From: Eledone cirrhosa
Lineage: Eukaryota
NCBI GenBank assembly: GCA_964016885.1
Contig: OZ024763.1
Location: 8,246,001-8,310,000 of the forward strand
DNA: 64,000 bases
Reading direction: 5' to 3'
Below the pieces are notes generated by a model that ran no database searches, was not told where the DNA came from, and saw only the letters and a program-made list of their open reading frames with translations. A program made the translations under genes and the position numbers. This document shows, one piece after another, positions 1 to 15,005 of the stretch; within the stretch, counting starts at the first letter, position 1; the number at the start of each line of letters is the position of its first letter.

Positions 1-85
1 GTGTGTGTGTGTGTGTGTGTGTGTGTTGGAGGGTGTGGAGAATTTAGTGGCTGCTTCTTTTCTTGTTTATAAGAAATAACAAATC

Positions 86-138
<53 letters not shown>

Positions 139-338
139 GCACGTCTGTTTTGTTTCTTCCCGAATAGCTATCCGAGAATAGTTATTAATGCACTGTGATA
201 AATAGTCCTGCCTTTAATGCATTTGAAACCATAATGATCTGCAGAAGACAGCTGATGAACGGGAATTGTCCTTGTTTTCACCCACATGTTTTTTTAATTA
301 TATATATATATGTATATATACTCTGAATGCCTGAATTT

Positions 339-379
<41 letters not shown>

Positions 380-389
<10 letters not shown>

Positions 390-790
390 CTCTGAATGCC
401 TGAACATGTATACATTAAAGCTCTGCTGTCTGGCAACTTACTTGGTAGATACTCATGAAATTATTAACCATCTTTCCAACAAGAACCCTGAGCACGTTTT
501 TGAATTCCATGTGTCTGGAACCCCTATCTTGCTCAGAATATTGATCTCCTGGAAACTGTTCAGAGACGTGCAACCAAATGAACCCCTCCATCAGGCATCT
601 ACCATACTCTGAATGCCTTGCTTCCTGGGCATGGATACATTAAACTTCTGACATCTGGCAACTGACTTGGTAATCACCTAAAAGATTATTAACCATCTTT
701 CCAACAACAACCCTGAGCACCCGTAGACATGCTTGCAAAGTCTGAAAACAGTTCAGCTCCCATGACTTTGCAAAACATTTGTTTCTGTAA
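380..790 (+). mobile_element. CR1-like LINE 3' fragments (rearranged)
   Basis: Encodes LATYLVDTHEIINHLSNKNPEH and matches the better-preserved minus-strand copy at 12240-13175. Confidence 0.55.
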
Positions 791-1975
791 TTGTTTACCT
801 TCCGAGTCATATCACATGACCTTTAGCTGGTCAGGGAGCAGTCACTGTATGAAGGTAATTAACATGAATTGGTAGTGTAGTGAGTGATATATAAAAAAAC
901 AGTGCATTAAATATTTCGCTCTGAAGATGGCCACATGTGATGTCAAAAGCTGAGTTCGCTCACTTTTCTTCTTTTTTTATTTAGAATTTATAAATTTAAA
1001 AACAAAAAAGACGGAATGTGTTCATGTGCAGTCATGTTATCTTTATCTTGTATCATGCACTGGGAACGGCACTTGGGGTCAGGGGTCGAGATAGGCTGGG
1101 GGTAGGGGCGGTTGTGTGACGTCATATTGATAAATCTTGTCAGCTTTTCGTCTTGCTTCTCGTGTGTGTATATATATATATATGTATATGTATATATATA
1201 CACACACATATATATGCACACACACACACACACACACACACGCGTATACATACATATATATATATATATATACACACATATATATACATATATATACACA
1301 CACATATATATATGTATATATTAATATATGTATATATATGTATACACATATGTATATATATATATACATACACACACACACGCACATATATATATATATA
1401 TATATTGTTTCCCATGTGAAAAAAAACCCCAACAAAAACATTTGATGACTTATCATTTTTTACCCTCCCTAGACTGTTTTTATTTTATTTACACTCTCTC
1501 TCTCTCTCTCCCCTCTACGCTCCTAACCTTTACCTCCCCCCTCCGAACTTCTCCTCCTACACCGTGCCCCACCCCTCACAATACCTTCAAATTCAACCCC
1601 CTCCCCCTCCGGCCTCAGGACTTCATTAATCAGATATATTCTGACCCCCCTGATCGTTTGGAACGCCCCCCCCCTATCCCCCCGCCCCTAAAAAGACCAA
1701 TAGAAAAATAAAACAAAACAAAACAACAACAAAAGCCGGGTGGGAATAGAGTGGAGGTGGGGGTTGAATAAATGAATTAAAAAAATATTAAAATATAAAT
1801 GAATCCTTCCTCCCTCCACTCGTGGTTTGCTGTAAGGTCAGCCCGCCCACTGTAGACTTTATATACTGTTGGGGGGGAGCTGGAAATGTCTATTTGTGGT
1901 CTGTGGTGGGAAATAGTAGAGAGGGGGAGAGAGAGAGAAATGGGTGGAAATAAATATACAACTTGATTAACTTGT

Positions 1976-3012
<1,037 letters not shown>

Positions 3013-3114
3013 GTGAAAAATTGAACGGGGGGGGGGGGGGACAAACAAAACAGAGAGGCAGTACGAACAAAGGTTTATTAGTTTGAAGGTCTTGAGAGTG
3101 GGGTGGTGGTGGGG

Positions 3115-3148
3115 AACGACGTTTCGGGCATAAGCCCTTCTTCAGGCG
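3115..3148 (-). ncRNA. Minimal hammerhead ribozyme-like motif (Penelope pLTR type)
   Basis: Minus strand reads CTGAAGA-A-GGGC(TTAT)GCCC-GAAA-CG-TC with a downstream AATAAA; stem I is poorly paired. Confidence 0.55.
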
Positions 3149-3443
3149 AAAAGTGTGTGGGAAGAGAGCTCCAAGGGTGTGTAAGGGAGTGGGAGAGAGA
3201 CATTTAGAAAGGGGGGGAGAGGCAACGGTACAAATGAAAATAAATATAAAAGCATAATAAAAATAAAAATAAACATGAAGTTAAACAAGTGGTGGAAGGG
3301 TGTGGTGCGTGTAGGGGTGGTGGCGGGTGGAGTGGGGGAGAGGGGTATATATATATATACTGTTGTGTTAGTTCAACTATGGTATGTGTATGGTCTATTT
3401 CATCTCACTCTCTCTATCCCTCTCTCTCTCTCTCTCTCTATCC

Positions 3444-3505
<62 letters not shown>

Positions 3506-3526
3506 CTCTCTCTCTATCCCTCTCTT

Positions 3527-3593
<67 letters not shown>

Positions 3594-3702
3594 ATAATTG
3601 GATACTTAGTAAAATCGAATCTCTGGCGGTGTGCAAGCATATTCGGCCTACTATGAGAATGAGTTAGCAAAGCACTCGACAAGGGTAGGTCCCCAGAGTA
3701 GA

Positions 3703-3816
3703 GAAGAGTGAGGAACCCGATGGCTGAGCTCCGGCCGTTTCGACAGCTAGATGTGAACAGCTCGATGTAGCTGTTGAAACGGTCGGAGCTCAGCTGTCGG
3801 GGTCCTGACTCTTTTC
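3703..3816. repeat. Imperfect fold-back hairpin of a dispersed pLTR-like family
   Basis: GAGTGAGGAACCCGA...TCGGGGTCCTGACTC arms; same family at 24672-24786, 39934-40409 and ~58700. Confidence 0.7.
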
Positions 3817-4003
3817 CTATTACCCACTCTACTGCCCACCAAAGTATTGAGTACTCTGGTGCGCTAGGGTCCATCTGGTTCCTTACCACACTTCCTTACT
3901 TATGTTTATCCCGGGTTCAATCGGGGGGGGGTAACCACAGTAAGTATGGTACTCAATACATAGCAGAGTATAAATATTTAATATAAAAATGGCTTCTACA
4001 GGA

Positions 4004-4050
4004 CTTCCTGATGGTTTCTCCCAAATGAAACAGTTCTAGTCCTGTAGAAG
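4004..4050 (+). ncRNA. Hammerhead-like motif (core variant CTGATGG)
   Basis: CTTC-CTGATGG...GAAA-CAG(TTCTAGTC)CTG-TA-GAAG; same family as 22650-22700 and ~58550-58595. Confidence 0.45.
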
Positions 4051-4073
4051 CCATTTCTATATATATATATATA

Positions 4074-4410
4074 TAATATAATGAAATGACAGGAGGCTGG
4101 ATTTGTGTAAATCCTTGAAAGGTTTATTATACTCTGATCATTTCAATGTCCGGGTTCCGTATGAATCCGGTGATGTCATCAGGTATTCGAAATATAATAC
4201 GTGAATGTAATAGATAAAATACATGGGGCTGAAAATCGGGTCCTCGATTTTCAGCCCCATGGATTTTATCTGTTACATTCATTTATTATATTTTGAATAC
4301 CTGATGATATCACCGGATTCATACGGAACCCGGTCATTGAAATGATCAGAGTATAATAAACCTTTCAAGGATTTACACAAGTCCAGCCTCCTGTCATTTC
4401 ATTATAATAT
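4074..4410. repeat. Long near-perfect palindrome (~165-bp arms) centred at ~4240
   Basis: ATAATGAAATGACAGGAGGCTGG...CCAGCCTCCTGTCATTTCATTAT; each arm carries CTGATGA...GAAA-TGATCA. Confidence 0.9.
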
Positions 4411-5344
4411 TTAACTCCGTACTACCACCACCAACTACAAAAACAAAGATGGTTGAACTGCTTTACGTTGAGTACTCTCTATATTATTACATTACGATTG
4501 ACCATACGGAATAGACCAGCTCTATACAGTGGTGAACCTCAAACCTGAATAAATATACATATATATATATATATATATATAAATATATGTATATATACAT
4601 ATGTATATATACACACACACAAACACATATATGTATATATGTGGGATGTATATATATATATACATATATATAAATATAAATTCAGCGAGAATTGTATTTT
4701 GGCGGGTAGAAAAAACGAAACGCAAAATCGTAGATATGCTGGCAAGCGGTCCAATAGTTATATATATATATATATATACACACATGCATGCATATAATGG
4801 GGCAGTGGGTGTGTATATATATATGTATATATATATATATGTCACTTTAACCTGGTCTTGTCAAAAAAACAAACAAAAACCACCCCTTTGTTCAATTCCT
4901 TCCATCCCACCCCACTCTATTTTACACCTTCCCCTCCTGCCCCATACTGGCACTTGTCCCCTCCCCTACCTGTACTATTCCATGTTCTTCTATCACCCTC
5001 ACCACTTCTACTGTCACAATACTAGTCTCCACCACCTCTTACATACACGGCGGGTGGGAAGGTTGTGACCAGGACAGCAAAGAGACAGTAATGTGGGGGC
5101 GGGGGGGAGGCATTATGTGTGTGTGTCTCTCTCTCTCTCTGTATGTCTCTCTCTCTATATATATTTTTTTATTTTTTTTGTTTTCATTTTACGTCCACTC
5201 TTTCCCTGCTTGCAAGGGTGGGACGGGAACTGATACTGGCTTGATTTCTACAGCTGGATGCCCTTCCTAACACCAACCTCATTTACAGTGAGTGCTGGGT
5301 GCTTTTTTGCCATGGCACCTCCACGACCACTTTGCAGTGGAATG

Positions 5345-5510
5345 ATAGGGACCCCAGTCCCTATCATCTCATTTCTACAGCTGAGTAAACTGGAGCAATG
5401 TGAAATAAAGTGTCTTGCTCAAGAAAACAACACATCGCTCATCTGAGAACGGAACTCGCACCCTTTCGATTGCAAGGCCAATGCTCTAACCACTAAGCCA
5501 TGTGCTTCCA
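5345..5510 (-). mobile_element. tRNA-derived SINE, 5' part (family of 15006-15350)
   Basis: Reverse complement gives GCACATGGCTTAGTGGTTAGAGCATTGGCCTTGCAATCG; other partial copies at ~11010-11140, 17690-17870 and 19880-20050. Confidence 0.7.
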
Positions 5511-6000
5511 TAATATATATATATATATATATTGTTATACTTGGGGAGGGTCATATTGTAATATTGTCAGAAATTTTAGAACACACTCATATTTGGTTGC
5601 TTTTCACTTCTGTATCTTTTATATCTCCACAGTTAATTTATTTGGCAATCAATGTTTATCATTGATTGACCAACAGTTAAAAATACAGATATATATGTAT
5701 ATATATATATATGTACACCCACACACACATGTGTATCCCAGGTTTAATCAAGGTGGGTGAGTGGGAGGTAACCACAGTAAGTAAAGTACTCAATACATAA
5801 TAGAGTATATACAATATTTAATGTAGAAATGGCTTCTACAGGACTAGAACTGTTTCATTACAGTTCTAGTCCTGTAGAAGCCATTTCTATATTATATAAA
5901 TATGTGTGTGTGTATGTGCATATAAATGTGTGTATGTGAGTATATATATATGTGTGTGTGTGTGCATGTGTAAATATATATATATATATGTATGTATGTG

Positions 6001-6053
<53 letters not shown>

Positions 6054-6369
6054 GTGAAAACTCATTGCTAGAACAGCCATTAAAACAGTTAAATGCTGGC
6101 AAAGACAGTGATGGGCAAAAATACCTGAGAGTACAGAGACCAGAGGCCAGTGGTCAACAGAGAGACAATCCATAAGGTGGGTGACAGGTAGATGATATAT
6201 AGAAAAGATCCTACTGATCAGTCAGTAGGCACCCCTTAACCAAATATACACCCAACCTACTACTCCTACTCCATCCTCCCTCTCTCACCAACACCACCCC
6301 TTTCTCTGTAAAGTTATGTTGGTACCACAACATTCAGTCCAAACTAATGAGATCATGTAGGTTTCACGA

Positions 6370-6610
6370 CAAAAAAACACACAGTCCACCTTGTAATGTG
6401 GCCGTGTAGGTAACACGGTAAAAACCTCCCAGTCCACACTGTAAATGTGGTTGGTGTTAGGAAGGGCATCCAGCCGTAGAAAACCTTCCAGACAGTCCTA
6501 TACGAGCGAGACACGGTCACCCGACCAACCTTGCCTCAAGTGGGACAATTCCCGTCTAACCCATGCTAGCATGGAAGATAGACGTTAAATGATGATGATG
6601 ATGATGATGA
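6370..6610 (+). mobile_element. Dispersed SINE-like repeat with (GAT)n tail
   Basis: TTAGGAAGGGCATCCAGCCGTAGAAA...CTAACCCATGCTAGCATGGAAG...GATGATGAT; copies at ~20075, 21975, 39290, 45850, 51310 and 63630. Confidence 0.7.
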
Positions 6611-6940
6611 TCTTTTCTATATTTATAGACACACATGACGGGCATCCACACATTTTCCATCTCCCAAATAACACTCACAAGTCATTGGCCAGCCTGTGGT
6701 ATAGTATAACACACTTGATTGAACTGTCCCACATCTAGACTGAGTCCCCAAACCACCTGGTTGCAAATCAAACCAGTTAAGCACACAGCTATGCCTGCAC
6801 CTATTTTAGTACCTGTTAGTATTTTAGTATGTTAGCGTGTGACAGGTGATTAGAAAGCAGTCAGCCATGAAGTCTTTTTTACCTTAATAGTGAAGCAGAA
6901 TTAATTCTCATGCTTTTGTAGTCAATGTACACGCATGTTT

Positions 6941-7204
<264 letters not shown>

Positions 7205-7279
7205 GTGTGTTTAATGGTAGCTATGGTGCTGCCATAGGCGGTATGCCAAAATTAGCACTCAATATTCTTACAGAGCAGA

Positions 7280-7330
<51 letters not shown>

Positions 7331-7346
7331 GATATATATATATATT

Positions 7347-7377
<31 letters not shown>

Positions 7378-7519
7378 ATATATACATATATTTATATCCA
7401 TGCTAGCATAGTAAATGGACTTTAAATGATATATATATATATATATATATACACAGTGATACACGCACAAGTACATGTCTGTATGTGTATATATATATTT
7501 GTATATATATATATATATA

Positions 7520-8090
7520 TGCACCCATAGTTAGCATTTGGGACAGAGGATGGAATTTCTACCTACTCCTTTCCTACATACTGAGCAAGGCCATTTCCCC
7601 GAGGGGATCAGGGCTCTGTTTTCTCTCTTAGGACCTTAGTCTTTGTCAGGTTGACTTTAAGATCCCTTGCTTCTAGGCCCTGATTCTATGTTTGGAATTT
7701 CTTCTCTAGTTCCACCATAGATTCAGCTATGAGTGTAAGATCATCTACACATAGGAGTTCCCATGGTCAGCCAGTCATAAACTCCTCTGTTATAGTCTGC
7801 AGTACAATAATAAACAGGAGAGGGCTAAGAACAGGGCCCTGGTGGACACCAACCTGTATGTTACATTCCTTGCTATAGTCGTTGTTAATCCTAACTTTGC
7901 TGACTGCTCCCCTATACATGGCTTGTACAGCCTTTACAAGCCAGTCATCTACTCCAAGTTTTCTAAGAACCCAGCAGCTTATGGCACGGGGGCACTCAGC
8001 TCAACAAATGCCAGGTAGAGCAGCTTACTGTTAGCTAGGTACTTCTCCTGTAGCTGCTTCATCAGGAAGAGAGCATCTCTGCTGCTTTTG
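7520..8090 (-). mobile_element. Decayed non-LTR (RTE-like) reverse transcriptase fragment
   Basis: Minus strand reads VGVHQGPVLSPLLFIIVL...PWELLCVDDL...KVNLTKTKVL (QG..LSP and YADD-like motifs) with stops. Confidence 0.8.
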
Positions 8091-8237
8091 CCAATATATA
8101 TTTATATATATATATACAAAACATATGTATATATATATATATACACACAGAAAATAGTAATATTAGGTACTGTACATTTATTATAAAGAGTATCCCTGGA
8201 CTTACAAATGCACACACACACATACACACACACACAC

Positions 8238-8333
<96 letters not shown>

Positions 8334-8400
8334 ACATACAGAAAATAGTAGTACTAGGTAAGACTACACATATAGAATACCCCAGGACTTATACATATAT

Positions 8401-8895
8401 AGCTCAGCTTGGTTTGGCTCAACTTAGCTCTGTCCAGCTCAGCTTGGTTTGGCTCAACTTAGCTCTGTCCAGCTCAGCTTGGTTTAGCTCAACTTAGTTG
8501 TCCAGCTCGGCTTGGTTTGGCTCAACTCAGTTGTCCAGCTCAGCTTGGTTTAGCGCAACTCAGCTCGGCTTGGTTTGGCTCAACTCAGCTGTCCAGCTCA
8601 ACTCAGCTGTCCAGCTCAGCTTGGTTTAGCTCAACTCAACTGTCCAGCTCGGCTTGGTTTGGCTCAACTCAGCTCTGTCCAGCTCAGCTCAGCTTAGCTC
8701 AACTCAGTTCTGTCCAGCTCATCTCAGCTTAGCTCAATTCAGCTCAGTCCAGCTCAGCTCAATTCAGCTCAGTCCAGCTCAGCTCAGCTTAACTCAGCTC
8801 TGTCCAGCTCAGCTTAGCTCAATTCAGCTCAGTCCAGCTCAGCTCAGCTTAACTCAGCTCTGTCCAGCTCAGCTTGCTCTGTCCAGCTCGGCTTG
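8401..8895. repeat. AGCTC-based degenerate minisatellite
   Basis: Repeating CAGCTCAGCTTGGTTTGGCTCAACT / AGCTC units. Confidence 0.85.
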
Positions 8896-10011
8896 GGATC
8901 CAGAATTGGATCTGTTTCGGTGTTGAATCTGATCCAGTATCAGATTGGTGATCTGGGATCAGATTGGATGAACACAGCTCGGTGTAGCCCAGCTTCGCTT
9001 AGCTTAGCTCTCTCCACACTGCTAATATTGTCCAAGGGAAAGGAAAAAGTTGATACAACTTGGCTTAGTGGGAAGTACCAGAGATAGTGAGATCCTACTC
9101 TGGGGGTTCAATCCTGGACTCGGGTTCAATCCTTGCTGGGAGACATATCTAACGTGTCCTGTTAATCTTTTAAAGTAGAAACAATTATCATAGTTTTCAT
9201 GGTTGTGGTGGTAGGCTTGTAAAGATGGTGTGGTGGTGTTTGTGTAGGTGTAATAGTTGTAGGGCTATAATGTTGTAATAGTTGTGATGCTGGTGGTGGT
9301 GGTGATGGACTTGTAATGGTGGTGTTGAGATGGTGGTAGTGTTGTAAGAGTGGTGGTGTGGTGGTAGTGGAGATGTTGAGATGAAATAGCTGGGTGGTTA
9401 TAGTAGTGGTGGTGGTGGTGGTGTAATAGCAGTGGTGGTGGTGTAATAGCGGTAGTGATGGTGGTGGTGGTGGTGTTGAGATGACCTAGCTGGGTGGTTG
9501 TAGTAGTAGTGGTGGTGGTGTTGTAATGGCAGTGGTGGTGGTGGTGGTGTAATAGCGGTGGTGGTGGTGTTGGATGACTTAGCTGGGTGGTTGTAGTAGT
9601 AGTACTGGTGGTGGTGGTGGTGTAATGGCAGTGGTGGTGGTGAGATGACCTAGCTGGGTGGGTTATTCTTATGACACATTCAATTTTCTAGTTGACAGGT
9701 GTGTAATACCTGTATAATGTGTGGGAGTGTTTGTGTGTGTATGTATGTATGTATGTATGTGTGTAGGTATATATGTGTATGTGGATACGTGTATGTATGT
9801 ATATATGTCAGGCTGCTGTTTAGCACTACAGGTAACATGTAACCCAGTACAACCTATGCACGGTCGGGTTATCCGCTTGCTGAGGAGGGTGATTTTGGAC
9901 ACCCTGTGGGACGAAAAACAAAACCCGTCAAAGAGCGGAGGAAACCAGTCACTGGTCATCTAATAAAGCTTTTCTTTTTTTATGTGGCGTGAGAGACCCT
10001 CTGGTCTTCAT

Positions 10012-10527
10012 CAACTCTTTAGCATTTAAATCAACCATATCTGGCTAGAATTCTCTAATCACTTTCTGTTCAAACCAGTCATAACCGGCTGCTCATACTG
10101 ATGTTAAGGTATTGTTCTCAAAATAAATAGCTGTTTCTACTTTTAGTACAAGGCCAGCAATTATCCCAGTGTATTACTGGTACTTTATTTTATTGACCCC
10201 CGTAAGGATGAAAGGTAAAGTTAACCTCAGTAGGATTTGAACTCAGACCATAAAGGGCTGGAGTTCTCAAAATAAATAATATTAAAATCTCAGACTCGAT
10301 ATTATGTGAGATATTATGTGAGGTAAAGCCTTTACTGTGAAAATACAATAGTATATATAGAGTAATGTAAATGTTATGTGAGATATTATGTGAGGTAAAG
10401 CCTTTACTGTGAAAATACAATAGTATATATAGAGTAATGTAAATGTTATGCGATATTATGTGAGGTAAAGCCTTTACTGTGAAAATACAATAGTAAATAT
10501 AGAGTAATGTAAATGCTAAAGGGTTAA
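10012..10527. mobile_element. piggyBac-like MITE copy interrupted by a SINE fragment and with an internal tandem triplication
   Basis: Ends AATGCTAAAGGG-TTAA; interior matches 18635-18850; SINE at ~10130-10262. Confidence 0.6.
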
Positions 10528-11141
10528 GACATCTTTCTTGGAGAAGGTCACTCTTATATGAAACCTGTGACTTCATTTGCATCCAATGATGTAGACCACT
10601 TCAACTTTTTGGGATGTGACTTCATGCAGTTTACCACGCCTGGTCAGTCCACCCGCTGACTTGCAAATTATGCCACACTCACTGTCAATGTACCGTGGGG
10701 TGTGTAATGGTAGAACTATCTCACAGTTGGCTCAATTTCTCCATGGCTCATGTGATTTCAGATGGTTAACAAAACCAGCTCGTGTTAGAAGAACTTGGCC
10801 ATATACTTTGCACCTCGATTCCTGCTGAATTTTTGCAGGCATTGCACTCGAGTCCCGCTTATGAAGTGAACACTTCAAAACATACAATATATATATATAT
10901 ATATATTTTTTTTCTTTTTTTTTTATCGATCGACTTTCGTCAAATCGGACCGAGGAAACAATGTTTTCGTCGGTCTTTCCAGTTGCTAATACTATCTATC
11001 GGTCGCAACTCCAGGTAGAAGGAGCAACGTGAAATAAAGTGTCTTGCTCAAGGACATAACGCATCACCCGGTCCAGGAATCGAACTCATAGCCTCAAGAT
11101 TGTAAATCCAATTCCCTAACCACTCAGCCACACGCCTTCAC

Positions 11142-11178
<37 letters not shown>

Positions 11179-11623
11179 GTATGTATATATGGATGTATAT
11201 GTATGTATATATGGATGGTACCATAGACCCAGCACTATGTGTCAGTAATTGTCACAAGTGTAGTGTTTGTACCAGAGTTTTCAAGTCGCTGGCTGGACTA
11301 AAAAGTCACACTCGTTCAGTGCATCGGTAGGGATTCTCCTACATGGATATAAAGTAGTGGCCGTACTCCAAAACGAGTTGGCAGCCACCATATGTATATA
11401 TATATATATGTATGTATGTATATATATATGTGTATATATAATTATGTATTATGTTGTTTATTACATAATTAAATAGCTCTGTAGCATACATAGAACACTC
11501 TCCTTTTCTTTACCCTTCCTATAGAAATACTTTATATATGTATATATATACTTTCCAGGGATAACTTGAACCGTTAAGGTATATTATCCTTGGTTATATC
11601 AAAATTTATAAAACACACTTCGT

Positions 11624-11683
11624 ATTTTATCTGATGAAAGCGTACCAACATTTTTGGTACCCTTGAAATATATATAATAGAAT
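11624..11683 (+). ncRNA. Well-formed type I hammerhead ribozyme motif
   Basis: Stem I ATTTTAT/ATAGAAT; CTGATGA; stem II AAG.GTACCAA/TTGGTAC.CTT; GAAA; palindromic TATATA stem III; UA cleavage site; overlapping AATAAA. Confidence 0.7.
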
Positions 11684-11799
11684 AAATATAGTTTCCATTT
11701 ATTTAATATCACTGTATATATATAAATATATGTATGTATGTATGTATATATATATAGACATTTATATATATACATAATCATTTGTGAGCTTACCTCCCC

Positions 11800-11832
<33 letters not shown>

Positions 11833-12239
11833 TATACACACATATATACACATTCAGATTATAGGTCCTGTATAATTTCCTGTCGGTATCTACAGTAACT
11901 CCATGTATGTATATACTAAATACAGGCACCAATTTTCCCTGGAGTACATACAACACCTTTCAAATACATTTTACCTGCCAACCCCTCCTTTTCTTGATAA
12001 GACTACTACTGATACTACTGACACTACTACTACTACTACTGGCACTACTGTTGTTACTGCTGCTGCTGCTACTACCATCACTGCCGCCACCACCACCACC
12101 ACTACTACATATAATGAAAATGATTGTGTACAGTGCTCAGGTGCAATACAATTCATCAAAGGTGCATGTATAGTACATAGAATAATGTACAAATGTCAGG
12201 AAAGTGAACAGTGTATGAGTCATGATATACACACAGATA

Positions 12240-13175
12240 CATGTGTGTATGGAGGGGTAGTGTTGGCGAATCTCAGGAAGCATACAGCTAACAACTGATG
12301 CAGGTAGTTTGTTCCATGGAGGTTTTAAAGGATGCAGTGTCCCAGCAGCTAACAACTGATGCAGGTAGTTTGTTCCATGGAAGTTTTAAAGGATGCAGTG
12401 TCCCAGCAGCTAACAACTGATGCAGGTAGTTTGTTCCATGGAAGTTCTAAAGGATGCAGTGTCCCAGCAGCTAACAACTGATGCAGGTAGTTTGTTCCAT
12501 GGAAGTTCTAAAGGATGCAGTGTCCCAGCAGCTAACAACTGATGCAGGTAGTTTGTTCCATGGAAGTTCTAAAGGATGCAGTGTCCCAGCAGCTAACAAC
12601 TGATGCAGGTAGTTTGTTCCATGGAAGTTCTAAAGGATGCAGTGTCCCAGCAGCTAACAACTGATGCAGGTAGTTTGTTCCATGGAAGTTCTAAAGGATG
12701 CAGTGTCCCAACAGCTAACAACTGATGCAGGTAGTTTGTTCCATGGAAGTTCTAAAGGATGCAGTGTCCCAGCAGCTAACAACTGATGCAGGTAGTTTGT
12801 GCCATGCTTCAGCAACTCTGAGTATGAAAAAAGTTTCCAAAAGTCATGGGAGCTGTGCTGTTTTCTGATTTTGTTGGCATGTCCACAGGTGTTAGAAACA
12901 TGGAAATCAAAAAGGTGCTCAGGGTTGTTGTTGGCAAGATGGTTAATAATCTTGTGGGTGTTTACCAAGTCAGTTGCCAGACGTCAGAGCTTTAATGCAT
13001 CCATGCCCAGGGAAGCAAGGTGTTCAGGGTATGGTAGATGCCTGATGGAGGGTATTCTCTTGATTGCATGTCTCTGAACAGTTTCCAGGAGGTCAATATT
13101 CTGAGCAAGATAGGGGTTCCAGACTGGTGATACAAGTTCTAAGTTTGGACGCACCATAGCTACATACAGCTTTAA
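12240..13175 (-). mobile_element. CR1-clade LINE 3' end
   Basis: Reads AMVRPNLELVSPVWNPYLAQNIDLLETVQR...RLATDLVNTHKII...CGHANKIRK...WNKLPASVV. Confidence 0.75.
12286..12798. repeat. 61-bp tandem repeat (~8 copies) inside the CR1 fragment
   Basis: Unit AGCTAACAACTGATGCAGGTAGTTTGTTCCATGGAAGTTCTAAAGGATGCAGTGTCCCAGC. Confidence 0.95.
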
Positions 13176-13546
13176 ATATATATATATATAAAGCTGTATA
13201 TAGTTGGTCTGCTGTTATTATTGCTCCTAGGGCTTAAAGCCAATGGCTTTTTTTAACTTAGTCTTATTTCTTATCGATTACTCACTTACATGTGCCATTG
13301 TCCTGTGTTTCCCCCCTTCTATCGGTATGTTTACTTCTTTTTTTCCTTTTTTTTCTTCCTTTTTTCTTTTGTTCTCTCTCTTTGCCATCGCTTCTTTCCC
13401 TCATTGCTTTTTGATAGATAAAAGGCTATGGGTGTGCTATGGATAGATGTATTGTCTATAATGCGCTGAAACATCCGTGACCCATAGTAGATAACTGACG
13501 AAGGGAAACTGTTCATCCCTTGTTTGTGTTGCCTTACCTTCTAACG

Positions 13547-13605
<59 letters not shown>

Positions 13606-13646
13606 CGAAACATAAGTCAATTGCATGAACTCATAATCCTTTATTT

Positions 13647-13702
13647 ACTGCTATATATAGTTCGATGGTAGCCATTGAATGGCTATGACCTCATCAGGCA
13701 GT
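13647..13702 (-). ncRNA. Hammerhead-like motif (GAAC variant)
   Basis: ACTGC-CTGATGA-...TAGCCATT/AATGGCTA...-GAAC-TATATA-TA-GCAGT; sister copy with GAAA at 63152-63210 (-). Confidence 0.5.
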
Positions 13703-13761
13703 TAGTCAGTTCTTAGATATGCCAGCTCTGTGTTTATAGTGTTGATGGTATCAGAGCCTTG

Positions 13762-13803
<42 letters not shown>

Positions 13804-13897
13804 TCATACACACACGTATATATACATACATTCATACACACACACATATATATACATACATTCATACACACACACACATATATATATACATACATTC

Positions 13898-13960
<63 letters not shown>

Positions 13961-15005
13961 CTTGTTGTGGACACTTAATTTCGTCTATTTAAATATTTTT
14001 AATTATATTTAATTCATGTCTGACATCTTACATAGTTTTAATATATTTACAGTTTATTATAAATATTTTTGACATTTTAAAGTGTGTGAACAGAGAAACT
14101 GTCTCCTCTCTGTCTAGTTTCTTGTCTGTCTTTGTCTGTCTTTGTGTCTTCCTCTCTCTGTCTCTCTCTTTCTCTCTTTGTGTGTGTCTCTCACTCTGTC
14201 TAGTTTCTTGTCTGTCTTTGTCTGTGTTTGTGTCTTCCTCTCTCTCTCTGTATATATGTCTCTTTCTCTCTCTGTCTCACTCTCTCTGTTCCTGTCTCCT
14301 CTCGGTCTTGTTTCTTTTCTCTCTCTCTCTCTCTCTGTATGTCTCTATCTATGTCTCTCTCTCTGTATATGTCTCTCTCTCTTTCTCTCTCTCTCTATAT
14401 ATGTCTCTTTCTGCCTATGTATGTCTCTCCCATCTCTCTCTCTCCGGTTAGTAGTAGTGGTAGTAGTAGTGGTAGTAGTGGTGGTGGTGGTGGTGGTGGT
14501 GGTGGTGGTGTTGGTGTTGGTGTTGTGGTGGTGTGGCGGTGGTGGTTGTCGTGTGGTGGTTGTGGTGGTGGTGGTGGGGGTGTGGTAGTGGGAATGGTGT
14601 TGGTGGTGTTGTGGTGGTACCTTACTCATGACCTTTGTTGCAGGGTCTCTGGGAATTAGTGTGTGGGGGTGGTGTAGGGGCAGTTCTGAAAGAGACATAC
14701 AACTTAACTCATGTGTTGATACAGTAAGAAGGGACACTGCCCATAGCCTTCACAGGTCCTATGAGATCAGACATCATCATCATGATCTAGTTTTGTCCAC
14801 TTTCCATGCTTGGCATGAGTTGAACGGGGGTCGTTATGGTCTGAGAGCAAGCAGGTCACCACAACCTTTCATATTCACCATGGATCCTATGAGTTAAAGC
14901 CCTTCCTAATACCAACCACCTTACAGACAGGGGAGCATGTATTGGGTGCCTCTTTTGTGGTACCAGCACTATCACTTTACAGAGTGTACTGGGTGTATTT
15001 GATTA

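Noticed and set aside
915-960. CTGAAGA...AAAAGC hammerhead-like string
   Set aside because: GAAA core missing and no clear stem I
13490-13525. CTGACGA-AGGGA..TCCCT
   Set aside because: Half motif only; no GAAA or stem III follows
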